Source of the DNA: an uncultured Clostridia bacterium
GTDB taxonomy: Bacteria > Bacillota > Clostridia > Saccharofermentanales > DTU023
Length of the DNA stretch: 64,000 nucleotides
Assembly (NCBI GenBank): GCA_946220865.1
Contig: CAMJYM010000002.1
Location: 38,890 to 102,889 of the forward strand
Direction: 5' to 3'
Made by a program: the position numbers and the translations under genes. Position 1 is the first letter of the stretch. The number at the start of each line of letters is the position of its first letter. Shown in pieces: positions 1-8,659 of this stretch. The notes beneath the pieces were generated by a model that had not been told where the DNA came from, did not search any database, and saw only the letters and a program-made list of their open reading frames with translations.

Positions 1-1
1 A

Positions 2-475
2 ATGAAGTTGGGGAACAAGGAGCTGCCCATTCTTTTCTGGCTGGCCCTGCGAAAGCTCCTGCGGGGCGGAAAATCACTTGCCCCTACACTGAAACCTTTT
101 GATGAGACACCCGATTTTGAGAACAGCAACTGCCTCTCTTATGAACGCTATATCACTTATTTTAAGATGCGGGTTGAGAATCCGGCTTATCGCACCCAGG
201 TAGGGACAAGCGCCTGGGCCTATGCCAGCATCCTGGGAACACGCAAGGCTCTGAGAGAGGCCGGCAGAATCAGAACACCGATCTTACTATTGCAGGCCGG
301 GCTGGATAGGATGGTTGACAACACGGCTCACGAGGCCTTTATCCAGAAAGTCAAAGGACAAAGCCAGATTGAGTTTGTCGCTTTTCCCACAAGCAAGCAT
401 GAGCTCTACAGCGATAGTGACGCGGTCATTTTGCGTTTTTATCGCCAAATTCTGGCTTTTCTTGAAGAAACATAA
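2..475 (+). CDS. alpha/beta hydrolase (lysophospholipase/monoacylglycerol-lipase-like), C-terminal part; 5' end lies outside the window
   Basis: The ORF is open to the window edge. The C-terminal 157 aa include ...PILLLQAGLDRMVD... and ...PTSKHELYSDSD..., the Asp/His region typical of this hydrolase class. It sits in tandem with a full-length paralogue. Confidence 0.65.
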   Translation: MKLGNKELPILFWLALRKLLRGGKSLAPTLKPFDETPDFENSNCLSYERYITYFKMRVENPAYRTQVGTSAWAYASILGTRKALREAGRIRTPILLLQAGLDRMVDNTAHEAFIQKVKGQSQIEFVAFPTSKHELYSDSDAVILRFYRQILAFLEET

Positions 476-487
476 GGAAGGATCACT

Positions 488-1405
488 ATGCCTGTTCAAA
501 TGAGTGAATTTCATTACCCCTCTTCCGATGGGAAGTCTCAAATCCACGCCATGCTCTGGCAGCCAACTGTAGCAAGTGAGGCAAAGGGAGAGCCGGAAGC
601 TTCCGCAGGGAAAACCCGCGGTCTGATTCAGCTGGTTCACGGAGTTAATGAGTACATCGGCCGCTACGATCCCCTGGCCCGTTTTTTAGCAGAGCAGGGT
701 TTTATCGTTTTTGGTGAAGATCACCTGGGTCATGGCAAAAGCGGCAGCTTCGCTCAAACGCCGCAGGGGGCGGACGTTTTTATTCCCCAGGACAGCATCC
801 AGCTGGCTCTGCTCATGAAAGCCAGGTTTGCCCCTGCCCAGGGAGAGAAAGCCCTGCCCTTTATTCTCTTTGGCCATTCACTGGGCTCTGCGATCGCGCG
901 GATTATGGCGTCAGAAAAAGCTTTAGAACTTGCCGGCCTCATTCTCTGCGGCACGGTTCACGTTCCCTCCTTCGGTCGTCTGCTCCTCCCTCATGAGCGA
1001 AAAAACAGCGGCAACACGAAGATCGTCGGAAACAGCATTCCCCTCTCCTGGCTAAGTTTTGACAGGAAAAATCAAGAAGCCTACGCCGCTGATCCTTCGA
1101 TCAGCCACAGAGTGGCCAGTGGTCTGAACGCAACGACCCGCAGCATTGTTATGCAAGCCTGCCGCAACGGCTGGGCCGACGCGATAGACGTGAATCTTCC
1201 TGTTTTCGTGATCTCGGGAAAACACGATCCCTTCGGCCTTTTCGGCTATGCTCCAAAGCGCTGCCACAAGGATCTGGAAAGGCACGGCTGCCAACAGCTC
1301 AAGCTTAAAATCTATGAAGAAGGACGTCACGAAATCTTCAATGAAAGTCGGATCAAAGCTGAGGTTTATCAGGATATTCTGAGCTTCTGCGAAGCCTGTC
1401 TCTGA
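488..1405 (+). CDS. alpha/beta hydrolase (lysophospholipase-like)
   Basis: 305-aa ORF with a purine-rich AAGGAAGGA just upstream of ATG 488. It has HGVNEY...HLGHGKS, a GHSLGS nucleophile elbow (GxSxG) and a C-terminal GRHEIFNES His motif. Confidence 0.85.
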   Translation: MPVQMSEFHYPSSDGKSQIHAMLWQPTVASEAKGEPEASAGKTRGLIQLVHGVNEYIGRYDPLARFLAEQGFIVFGEDHLGHGKSGSFAQTPQGADVFIPQDSIQLALLMKARFAPAQGEKALPFILFGHSLGSAIARIMASEKALELAGLILCGTVHVPSFGRLLLPHERKNSGNTKIVGNSIPLSWLSFDRKNQEAYAADPSISHRVASGLNATTRSIVMQACRNGWADAIDVNLPVFVISGKHDPFGLFGYAPKRCHKDLERHGCQQLKLKIYEEGRHEIFNESRIKAEVYQDILSFCEACL

Positions 1406-1477
1406 TGCGCCTCAACTTTCAGGATAATTCCTGCAAAGCCCCCTCAACCCACAGATAAAAGCTTGTTGCGAGTCCCC

Positions 1478-4400
1478 TCAACTTTCGAGAAAAAGTTTGC
1501 GCAGCTCCAGCGCCATGTTTTCCGGAGGCTTTGCTCCGTCTTTGAGCAGGAGGAAGGGTTTGCGCCCAGCAGAGAAGCGCAGGCGTCCGGCGACACGTTC
1601 GTTTTGCAGAAGATGCAGGAAGGCGTTGTTCGCGGCCTGATCCTCTTTTAACTGGAAAATCAGGTCATCCCCCTGACGTCCGACCCGCTCGATGCCCGCG
1701 GCAGCGGCTTTAACGCGGGTGAGGGCAATATCCAGCAGGTTCATCACGGCCTGGGGCGGATCTCCAAAGCGGTCAATCAGTTCATCCACAAACTCGTGCC
1801 AGTCTTCATCCGTGCGCAGGGCCAGGGCACGGCGGTAGAGGTCCATGCGCTGTCCTTCGTCCTCAATAAAGTCCGCGGGAATCCAGGCATCGACCTGCAG
1901 ATCGATGAGGGCTTCCTCAGGCAGGCGAGATGTTTCCGCCTGACCCTGAGCCTCCTTAATTTCTTCATCCAGCATGCGGCAGTAGAGATCATAGCCAATA
2001 GCCTCAAGATGCCCGGACTGTTCACCTCCGAGAAGATTGCCGGCGCCGCGGACTTCCAGGTCGCGCAGGGCGATGCGAAAGCCGGAGCCGAGTTCGGTAA
2101 AGTCCCGGATAGCCGCAAGACGCTTGCGCGCGTCTTCGTTGAGCATGCGATCCGGGCGGTAGCTGATGTAGGCGTAAGCCTGACGCTCACTGCGGCCCAC
2201 GCGGCCGCGGATCTGGTAAAGTTGAGCGAGGCCGAGCCGGTCTGCATTCTCCACAATAATCGTATTAACGTTGGGCATGTCAATGCCCGACTCGATAATC
2301 GTCGTACAGACCAGAAGGTCGAAGTCCCCGCGGGCGAAGCCGTTAACCGCTTCTTCCAGCCGGCGCTCAGACATCTGCCCGTGAGCATAGGTGATACGCG
2401 CACCGGGCAGTCGCTCGGCCAGCTCCGCTGCCTTCCCGGCCAGTTTACGGGTGTCGTTGTAGAGATAAAAAACCTGGCCGCCACGGGATATTTCGCGCAG
2501 GATGGCCTCATTGATAATACCCTCGTCATACTCCATCACGTAGGTTTGAACCGGGCGTCGGTCCTCAGGTCCTTCCTCAAGCAGGGAGATATCGCGAATG
2601 CCGGAGAGGGACATGTGCAAAGTTCTCGGGATGGGGGTCGCCGTCAATGTGAGCACATCAACGTGAGGGTAGCGCGCTTTGAGCATCTCCTTATGGTCGA
2701 CCCCGAAGCGCTGTTCCTCGTCGACCACGAGCAGGCCCAGATTGCGGAACTGCAGTTCTTTGGAGAGCACGCTGTGCGTGCCGATGAGAATGTCAACCGC
2801 ACCATTTTTCACATCACGCAGAATCTCCTGCCGTTTCTGTCCGCTGACAAAGCGCGTCAGCAGGCGCACTCGCAGCGGGAAGTGTTCCAGGCGCTGAGTG
2901 AGGCTATCCAGATGTTGTTGGGCCAGCACGGTGGTGGGGACGAGCATGGCCCCCTGCAGGCCATCCATGACGCACTTGAAGAGCGCCCGGAAGGCCACTT
3001 CTGTTTTGCCGAAGCCAACATCGCCGCAGAGCAGGCGATCCATAACCTTGGGCGACTCCATATCGGCCTTGATTTCGCCGATTGCCCGCAGCTGATCTTC
3101 CGTCTCCGTATAGGGGAAAGCTTCTTCAAACTCTTCCTGCCAGACCGTATCCGGGCTGAAGCTATGCCCGGTCTCTTTGCGACGACTGGCATAGACCTTG
3201 ACCAGATCCGTGGCCAGCTTTTTGATGGATTCGCGGGCCCTGGCCTTCTTCTTTTCCCATTCCGGACTGCCCAGTTTGCTGAGCCTCGGCTTCTTGCCAT
3301 CGACCGCGATATACTTTTGAATTTCGTCGAGTTTATCGACAGGAATATAGAGTGAATCTTCACCGTCATAAGCAATGTGCAGGTAGTCGCGGCGAACCCC
3401 TTCGTTGACCAGGCTCTCCAGACCGAGATAGCGGCCGATCCCATGGATGTCATGAACCACATATTCCCCGGGCACAAGGTCGCTGAAAAGGGTGATCGGA
3501 GCGCCGTCACGCTGCCTGCGGCGAGCTTTTTTCTCGCTGCCGAAGAGGTTACGGTTGCCGAGAATGGCCAGGCGGGCATCTCTCCAGATAAAGCCATCAC
3601 TGAGGTCGAGATCAGTGACAGGCAGAGTGAGAGATTCCTCGTTGAGCACTTCCCGCAGACGCTGCCGCCGTTTTTCACCGCTCGCACAGAGCACCAGGCT
3701 CCAGCCCTCATCACGCCAGCGCCGGAGATCCTGAAAAAGCAGTTTTTCGTGGCCGCGATATTGATCGGCCGCATGGCTTTGCACCTGCAGCGTAATGCCG
3801 CCTGGGAGGCCGTTACCCGAAGAGGGAATCTGTGCGAGGGTGAGCGTATGCCCATAGCGATCAAGCGCTTTGGCCACATCCGCTGGTCCGCGGTGGCGCG
3901 ATAGCGAAAAGGGCATAATTTTATGTTTGAGCAGGAGTTCTTCGGCTTCCAGATGAAACTGCGCTTCAAATTCATCTAAACGGCTGCGCAGGGCGAAAGC
4001 TTCGTCCAACACGAGGAGCGCGCCGAGCTGCTTGCCATAGTCCAGCAAAGAAGCCTCTTCCTTGAAGAGCAGGGGCTCCCAGCGCGCAACACCGGCGAGC
4101 GGCAGGCCTTCTTCTACGGCCGAGGCATCTTCTTCAACCCAGCGCATGAGCTCCGTCCCATCCGCGCGGCTGCCGCCCTGGCGGAGGATCTCCTGGACGG
4201 CCTTTTCCCCTTCTTCCCGCATACGTGCGGCCAGAGAACGCTGTTCATCTGGAGCGACACGCCACTCACGCAGCGGTGGCAGGGTAATAGTTTCGACCGA
4301 ACGAACGCTGCGCTGACTGGCCGTGTCAAAAAGGCGAATATCCTCAATTTCCGTATCAAAAAAAGAAAGCCGGACACCGAAACATTTGCCGCTCAGCTCA

Positions 4401-5044
4401 GCTTCCGCCTTGCCTTCAGACGTCCCTCCTTCGCCCCTGCCGAGCAGAGGCAGACCAATGTCGATGAGTTCTCCGCGCACGGCAAACTGACCGGCCGTCT
4501 CTATGCTGCGGCAGCGTTCAAAAGCGAGTTCGCTGAGCTGCTCAAGGAAGGCCTCACGGTCCAGATTCCGGCCCTTTTTCAGCTCAATTTCAGCAGCCTG
4601 GAAGGCCGAAACAGGAGGCAAAAGTTCCACCAGAACGGGAGCAGGGACGATCAGCACTCCGGTCTTTCCCTGCAGAAAGCTGGAGAGCAGCATCAGCCGC
4701 TCCATCTCCGCCTCGCGGCTCTTAATACCTGCAGCGACAAAGTCGTGCGGCAGGCTGTAAAAAATGGCCGCGCCTTTCTGCGTCAAGGCATTGAAATCTT
4801 CGAGAGCACGACGTGCCCGAAGAATATCCGGAACCACATAAAGCAGTGGAGCTTCGCCTGCAAGGGTCAGAGCAGCCAGAATTTTGGCGCTGTCATCCAG
4901 TCCGGAGAGGTTGACGGGGCCCTTATTTTGAGCGCGCAAATGCCCGGCCGCCCCGGCCAGGCGCTCATCCCTGAGAAGGGCTTGCTGCAGACGTGTCTGC
5001 AGATTTTCCTGTGTCTGATCAGCGCTCTTCATTTCCGCCTTCAT
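1478..5044 (-). CDS. mfd: transcription-repair coupling factor Mfd
   Basis: Motifs seen: CarD-like GEYVVHDIHGIGRYLG, Walker A GDVGFGKTEV, DEEQRFG box and helicase motif VI QLYQIRGRVGRS. The ORF is open to 5191. I place the start at ATG 5044 (MKAEMKSADQ...) because the 49 upstream codons are Arg/Lys-rich read-through overlapping the pth 3' end. Confidence 0.93.
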   Translation of the reverse strand: MKAEMKSADQTQENLQTRLQQALLRDERLAGAAGHLRAQNKGPVNLSGLDDSAKILAALTLAGEAPLLYVVPDILRARRALEDFNALTQKGAAIFYSLPHDFVAAGIKSREAEMERLMLLSSFLQGKTGVLIVPAPVLVELLPPVSAFQAAEIELKKGRNLDREAFLEQLSELAFERCRSIETAGQFAVRGELIDIGLPLLGRGEGGTSEGKAEAELSGKCFGVRLSFFDTEIEDIRLFDTASQRSVRSVETITLPPLREWRVAPDEQRSLAARMREEGEKAVQEILRQGGSRADGTELMRWVEEDASAVEEGLPLAGVARWEPLLFKEEASLLDYGKQLGALLVLDEAFALRSRLDEFEAQFHLEAEELLLKHKIMPFSLSRHRGPADVAKALDRYGHTLTLAQIPSSGNGLPGGITLQVQSHAADQYRGHEKLLFQDLRRWRDEGWSLVLCASGEKRRQRLREVLNEESLTLPVTDLDLSDGFIWRDARLAILGNRNLFGSEKKARRRQRDGAPITLFSDLVPGEYVVHDIHGIGRYLGLESLVNEGVRRDYLHIAYDGEDSLYIPVDKLDEIQKYIAVDGKKPRLSKLGSPEWEKKKARARESIKKLATDLVKVYASRRKETGHSFSPDTVWQEEFEEAFPYTETEDQLRAIGEIKADMESPKVMDRLLCGDVGFGKTEVAFRALFKCVMDGLQGAMLVPTTVLAQQHLDSLTQRLEHFPLRVRLLTRFVSGQKRQEILRDVKNGAVDILIGTHSVLSKELQFRNLGLLVVDEEQRFGVDHKEMLKARYPHVDVLTLTATPIPRTLHMSLSGIRDISLLEEGPEDRRPVQTYVMEYDEGIINEAILREISRGGQVFYLYNDTRKLAGKAAELAERLPGARITYAHGQMSERRLEEAVNGFARGDFDLLVCTTIIESGIDMPNVNTIIVENADRLGLAQLYQIRGRVGRSERQAYAYISYRPDRMLNEDARKRLAAIRDFTELGSGFRIALRDLEVRGAGNLLGGEQSGHLEAIGYDLYCRMLDEEIKEAQGQAETSRLPEEALIDLQVDAWIPADFIEDEGQRMDLYRRALALRTDEDWHEFVDELIDRFGDPPQAVMNLLDIALTRVKAAAAGIERVGRQGDDLIFQLKEDQAANNAFLHLLQNERVAGRLRFSAGRKPFLLLKDGAKPPENMALELRKLFLES

Positions 5045-5852
5045 CGCTGCCCCTCTGGCCTGCCTGGCTCTCCTTTTTGCTGCAGCTCTGCTTGACCTTA
5101 TGGCTTTCCCACTTTTGGCCATCCGCCCGGCCTTCAAGCTCAGCCGTCTTTTTCTCCTGTTTGTCGACCTTCGCTCTCTGCGCTTCTCCATTCATGCGGC
5201 TCATGGCCCGTGCAGGGCCTTCTTTGATGATGAACTCCACCGCATCGGCTGCAGCTGTCATCGCGGCAAAGGCGGTCTCAGCTTTCTCATCAGGGATGCG
5301 TTGCAGGACAAAGTCAACTATATCGATATGCTCAGGTTTGGGGCCATAGCCAAGGCGCACGCGCGGAAATTGCTCGCTGCCCAGGCAGGCTACAAGAGAA
5401 CGAAGGCCATTATGCGTACCGGCACTGCCGTGTTCGCGGATGCGCAGAGTTCCCAGAGGCAGATCAAAATCGTCAACGATAATAAGAATATGGTCCAGGG
5501 GGACTTTATAGAAACGTGCCCACTCCCGCACACATTCTCCCGACAGATTCATATAGGTCTGTGGCAGAAGAAAAATAACTTCCTGTCCATAGAGGCGGAC
5601 TTTACAGCCAAGGCCCTTGAATTTAAGGCGGTCGCAGCGAAATTTGTGGCGCTGGCTGAGAATTTCCATCACCATGAAGCCGAGGTTGTGCCAGGTTTTT
5701 TCATACTCACGGCCGGGATTTCCCAGGCCGACAACAAGCCAGGGAGTCTCCGCCCCGCCGGAACTCCTGAGCGCCTGTTCACTCACAGATCCCTGTTCCT
5801 GTCTTTGACGTCCACCCTGCTGACGATTTTTGAATTTTTCCCAAAAAGCCAT
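5019..5852 (-). CDS. pth: peptidyl-tRNA hydrolase with N- and C-terminal extensions
   Basis: The core runs LVVGLGNPGREYEKTWHNLGF ... SAGTHNGLRS. An AAGGAG RBS lies 6 nt upstream of ATG 5852. The gene sits directly upstream of mfd, the usual Firmicute order. Confidence 0.9.
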   Translation of the reverse strand: MAFWEKFKNRQQGGRQRQEQGSVSEQALRSSGGAETPWLVVGLGNPGREYEKTWHNLGFMVMEILSQRHKFRCDRLKFKGLGCKVRLYGQEVIFLLPQTYMNLSGECVREWARFYKVPLDHILIIVDDFDLPLGTLRIREHGSAGTHNGLRSLVACLGSEQFPRVRLGYGPKPEHIDIVDFVLQRIPDEKAETAFAAMTAAADAVEFIIKEGPARAMSRMNGEAQRAKVDKQEKKTAELEGRADGQKWESHKVKQSCSKKESQAGQRGSDEGGNEER

Positions 5853-5924
5853 CTTGACTCCTTATTCTTACTGCTGCGTGAAAGCTGTGAAGATTCCGCG
5901 TCCGTGAGTCGCTTCCACGAATCG

Positions 5925-6395
5925 CTATTTGTGATAAGGCTCGTTTCGCAGAATCCTGAACGAGCGATAGAGCTGTTCCAGAAGAATCAGACGGCTCATG
6001 AGGTGGGTAAACGTCAGGCGCGACAATGACCAGCGCTGATCAGCCCGCTCAAGGAGGCGCGGGGCGAGGCCATTTGATCCGCCGATAAGAAAGCAGATGC
6101 GGCTGCCTCCTTTGGTGAAAGCGGCATCGAGATGACGCGCGAAGTCTTCCGAGGATACCATATCCCCTTCTATGGCCAGAGCGATGAGCAAAGCATGAGC
6201 AGGGATTTGTTTTTCCAGTCGCCCGGCTTCCTGCTCTCTGGCTTCAGAAGGCCCCAGAGAATCCGGCGCATCGGCGACTTCGCGCAGCTCTATCCGGGCA
6301 TAAGGCGTAAGGCGCTTCACATATTCAGCGCAAGCTTCACGCAGCCACTTCTCCTTAAGTTTTCCTGCGCAGACAATGCTGACTTCCAATGGCAT
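5925..6395 (-). CDS. rlmH: 23S rRNA (pseudouridine1915-N3)-methyltransferase RlmH
   Basis: 157 aa starting MPLEVSIVCAGKLKEKWL..., with ...ICFLIGGSNGL... and ending ...RNEPYHK, a SPOUT/RlmH signature. The longer ORF to 6653 would overlap the upstream gene, so I rejected it as the start. Confidence 0.9.
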   Translation of the reverse strand: MPLEVSIVCAGKLKEKWLREACAEYVKRLTPYARIELREVADAPDSLGPSEAREQEAGRLEKQIPAHALLIALAIEGDMVSSEDFARHLDAAFTKGGSRICFLIGGSNGLAPRLLERADQRWSLSRLTFTHLMSRLILLEQLYRSFRILRNEPYHK

Positions 6396-6417
6396 TTGAA
6401 CTCTCCTGCTCCGAGCC

Positions 6418-7227
6418 TCAATCCAGCCGCACCAGCTCCGAAGCCTTGTAGCGCCGCGAAACATCCAGACGATAGTCGCTATTTTCAACAGCTCCGACAG
6501 CTTCCAGACCCTGCCGCACCACCAGACGCGCCATGTCCGGATAATTGTTTTCCCGGGAGAGATGAGAGAGCATGAACTGCTCCGTCCCTCCCTGGATGAG
6601 ATCGGCGCAAACCCGTGCGCAATCTTCATTGGAGAGGTGTCCTCTCTCCCCACGGATGCGTGCTTTTAAGGCGGCCGGGTAAGGGCCGCTGGCAAGCAGC
6701 TGCGGCTCGAAATTCGCTTCAATATAGACCAGGCGCGAGCCTCTGAGGTGACTCATGATGTGCTCCTGCATGATACCCAAATCTGTACAAATCGCCACCT
6801 TGCCGTGCTCGCTTTCGAGCGTATAGGCCATGGGATCCGCTGCATCGTGCGAAGTGCGAAAGGGCGTGATATGGAAGCCGCCAAGTTCGAAAGCTTCTTC
6901 GGGATAAATCAGATGAATCAGGTTCAAATCCACTTTGCCCAGACTTTGAGCAGCCGCTTCAAAGGTTTTACGATTCATGTAAACCGGCAGCTTGTATCGG
7001 CGCATGATCACCCCCAGGCCGGCGATGTGGTCCCGATGCTCGTGGGTGACGAGAATGCCGCTGATCGTGTGAATCAGGTCTTCGGGGAAAGAGATTTCCT
7101 GCAGAGCCGATACGAAGCTCCGGCCATTGATCCCCAGATCCACGATCACATGGCCATCAGGGCTGCAAAAAAGTGTGGAGTTGCCACTCGAACCGGAACG
7201 CAGGGCACAGCAGGAAAGTCCACTCAT
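6418..7227 (-). CDS. MBL-fold metallo-hydrolase (YycJ/WalJ-like)
   Basis: It carries the HxHxDH motif VTHEHRDHIAGLG. It lies between a WalRK-like TCS and rlmH, as yycJ does in Firmicutes. Confidence 0.85.
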   Translation of the reverse strand: MSGLSCCALRSGSSGNSTLFCSPDGHVIVDLGINGRSFVSALQEISFPEDLIHTISGILVTHEHRDHIAGLGVIMRRYKLPVYMNRKTFEAAAQSLGKVDLNLIHLIYPEEAFELGGFHITPFRTSHDAADPMAYTLESEHGKVAICTDLGIMQEHIMSHLRGSRLVYIEANFEPQLLASGPYPAALKARIRGERGHLSNEDCARVCADLIQGGTEQFMLSHLSRENNYPDMARLVVRQGLEAVGAVENSDYRLDVSRRYKASELVRLD

Positions 7228-7230
7228 CGC

Positions 7231-8520
7231 TTACCAGACAGGCCTGACGCCCGCAGCCCCGACTTCCTCAATGTCTGCTCCGATGGCATGCAGTTTATCA
7301 AGAAAGTTCTCGTAACCACGCTGGATGGGATAAATATTCTGCACTGTCGTCTCGCCTTCGGCCATGAGGCCGGCCATCACCATGGCCGCTCCGGCGCGCA
7401 GGTCCCGCGCCTCTACAGGAGCACCATGTAAGACGGAGCCACCCTGAACGACAGCGAGTTTGCCGGAAGTAATGATGTTCGCTCCCATGAGGCGCAGATA
7501 ACTGATGTATTGAAAACGGTTTTCATAGATATTTTCAATCATGCGCCCCGTTCCCTGAGCCTTGCAGAGCAAGGTCACAGCCTGGGGCTGGAGATCCGTA
7601 GGAAAGCCGGGGTAAGGCAGCGTCTTAAAGCTGGCCGCGCGAAGCGCTGCACCTTCCGGCATCGTGCAGCGGATATAGTCGCCACCCTCTTCGATGACAG
7701 CGCCCATTTCCTCCAGTTTGGCCGAGAGGGTCTCCATATGCTTGGGAATGATATTCTCCACGAGCAGGTCGCCGCCGGTCAGCGGAGCCATCATCATATA
7801 AGTTCCCGCCTCAATCTGATCGGGAATAATCGCATAGCTGATGTTACCGGGCAAAACAGGGCGCCCTTCAATGCGGATCACATCCGTACCAGCGCCGCGA
7901 ATATTCGCGCCCATCGCATTAAGGAAGTTGGCCACATCGACGATATGCGGCTCACGTGCCGCATTGTCAATGACCGTCATCCCGGGCACATGCACTGCCG
8001 CGAGCATAATGTTAATGGTCGCGCCAACCGAAACCTGATCAAGAAAAATACCTGCTCCCTCAAGTTTATCTGCGCTCAGCGAGATAATCCCATCCTGTTC
8101 CATCTCAAAGTGGGCCCCAAGGGCTTCAAAACCCTTAATGTGCAGGTCAATGGGACGAGAGCCCAGATCACAGCCTCCGGGCAGATACATGCGGGCGGCG
8201 TTAAAACGGCCGAGAAAAGCTCCCAGAAGATAGTAAGAGCCACGGAATTTGCGCACAAGATCTATACAGGCCTCATGGGTCAGGACACTGCGCGGGTCAA
8301 TGCGGACTTCTCCAGGACCACGCATATCCACCTCTGCACCCAATTCACTGCAGATACTGAGGAGCAGCTTGATATCGCTGACATCGGGAAGGTTCTCAAT
8401 AACGCTGGGGCCGTCGGCCGCCATGGCTGCAGCAATAATGCCGAGAGCAGCATTTTTCGAGCCGCCGATACGCACTTTGCCTTCCAGTCTGTTACCGCCG
8501 CGGATGATATATGAGCTCAC
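7231..8520 (-). CDS. murA: UDP-N-acetylglucosamine 1-carboxyvinyltransferase
   Basis: 429 aa beginning SYIIRGGNRLEGKVRIGGSKNAALGIIAA..., with ...LPGGCDLGSRPIDLH... (catalytic Cys loop). GTG start at 8520 with GGAG upstream. Confidence 0.95.
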   Translation of the reverse strand: MSSYIIRGGNRLEGKVRIGGSKNAALGIIAAAMAADGPSVIENLPDVSDIKLLLSICSELGAEVDMRGPGEVRIDPRSVLTHEACIDLVRKFRGSYYLLGAFLGRFNAARMYLPGGCDLGSRPIDLHIKGFEALGAHFEMEQDGIISLSADKLEGAGIFLDQVSVGATINIMLAAVHVPGMTVIDNAAREPHIVDVANFLNAMGANIRGAGTDVIRIEGRPVLPGNISYAIIPDQIEAGTYMMMAPLTGGDLLVENIIPKHMETLSAKLEEMGAVIEEGGDYIRCTMPEGAALRAASFKTLPYPGFPTDLQPQAVTLLCKAQGTGRMIENIYENRFQYISYLRLMGANIITSGKLAVVQGGSVLHGAPVEARDLRAGAAMVMAGLMAEGETTVQNIYPIQRGYENFLDKLHAIGADIEEVGAAGVRPVW

Positions 8521-8659
8521 AGGTTAAGTCTCCTTCATTTTAGCTGCAGCCAACAAAGTCCGAAACGCCAAAAGGCGGGCGACCCAATTTCGGGGCCGAC
8601 CTTGCCTGCAATGTCAATACTTTATCGGAAGCAGGAGCGCATCCAGCCTGGCCTGCACC

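Noticed and set aside
1410-1486. A direct 11-mer repeat CCTCAACTTTC (1410-1420 and 1476-1486) between the convergent hydrolase and mfd genes.
   Set aside because: It is short, has only two copies, and one copy lies inside the mfd coding end. There is no associated hairpin or T-tract, so it is probably a chance repeat.
1796-3355. A 519-aa plus-strand ORF, plus similar long ORFs at 7510-8514, 17930-19024, 27688-28833, 34108-34908, 38244-39506, 47852-48757, 51307-52245, 53220-54911 and 54832-55818.
   Set aside because: Each lies entirely antisense to a gene with unmistakable family motifs (mfd, murA, ABC permease, pckA, M16 peptidase, Trx-fold protein, ABC ATPase, SPFH protein, ACAD fusion, fprA). 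Their translations are low-complexity and rich in Arg/Gly/Ala/His with no recognisable motif. These are the usual shadow ORFs of GC-rich coding sequence.
5045-5191. An Arg/Lys-rich 49-codon N-terminal extension of the mfd ORF (MEKRRERRSTNRRKRR...).
   Set aside because: It overlaps the pth C-terminal coding region in another frame, has no RBS, and is unlike Mfd N-termini. ATG 5044, with a GAGGGG-like motif upstream, is the more plausible start. I kept it only as a note in a finding.
6396-6653. An upstream extension of the rlmH ORF, giving the 242-aa version.
   Set aside because: The extra 86 codons overlap the 3' end of the MBL-hydrolase gene and look like out-of-frame read-through (Trp/Arg/Cys-rich). 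The RlmH homology begins exactly at MPLEVSIV (ATG 6395).
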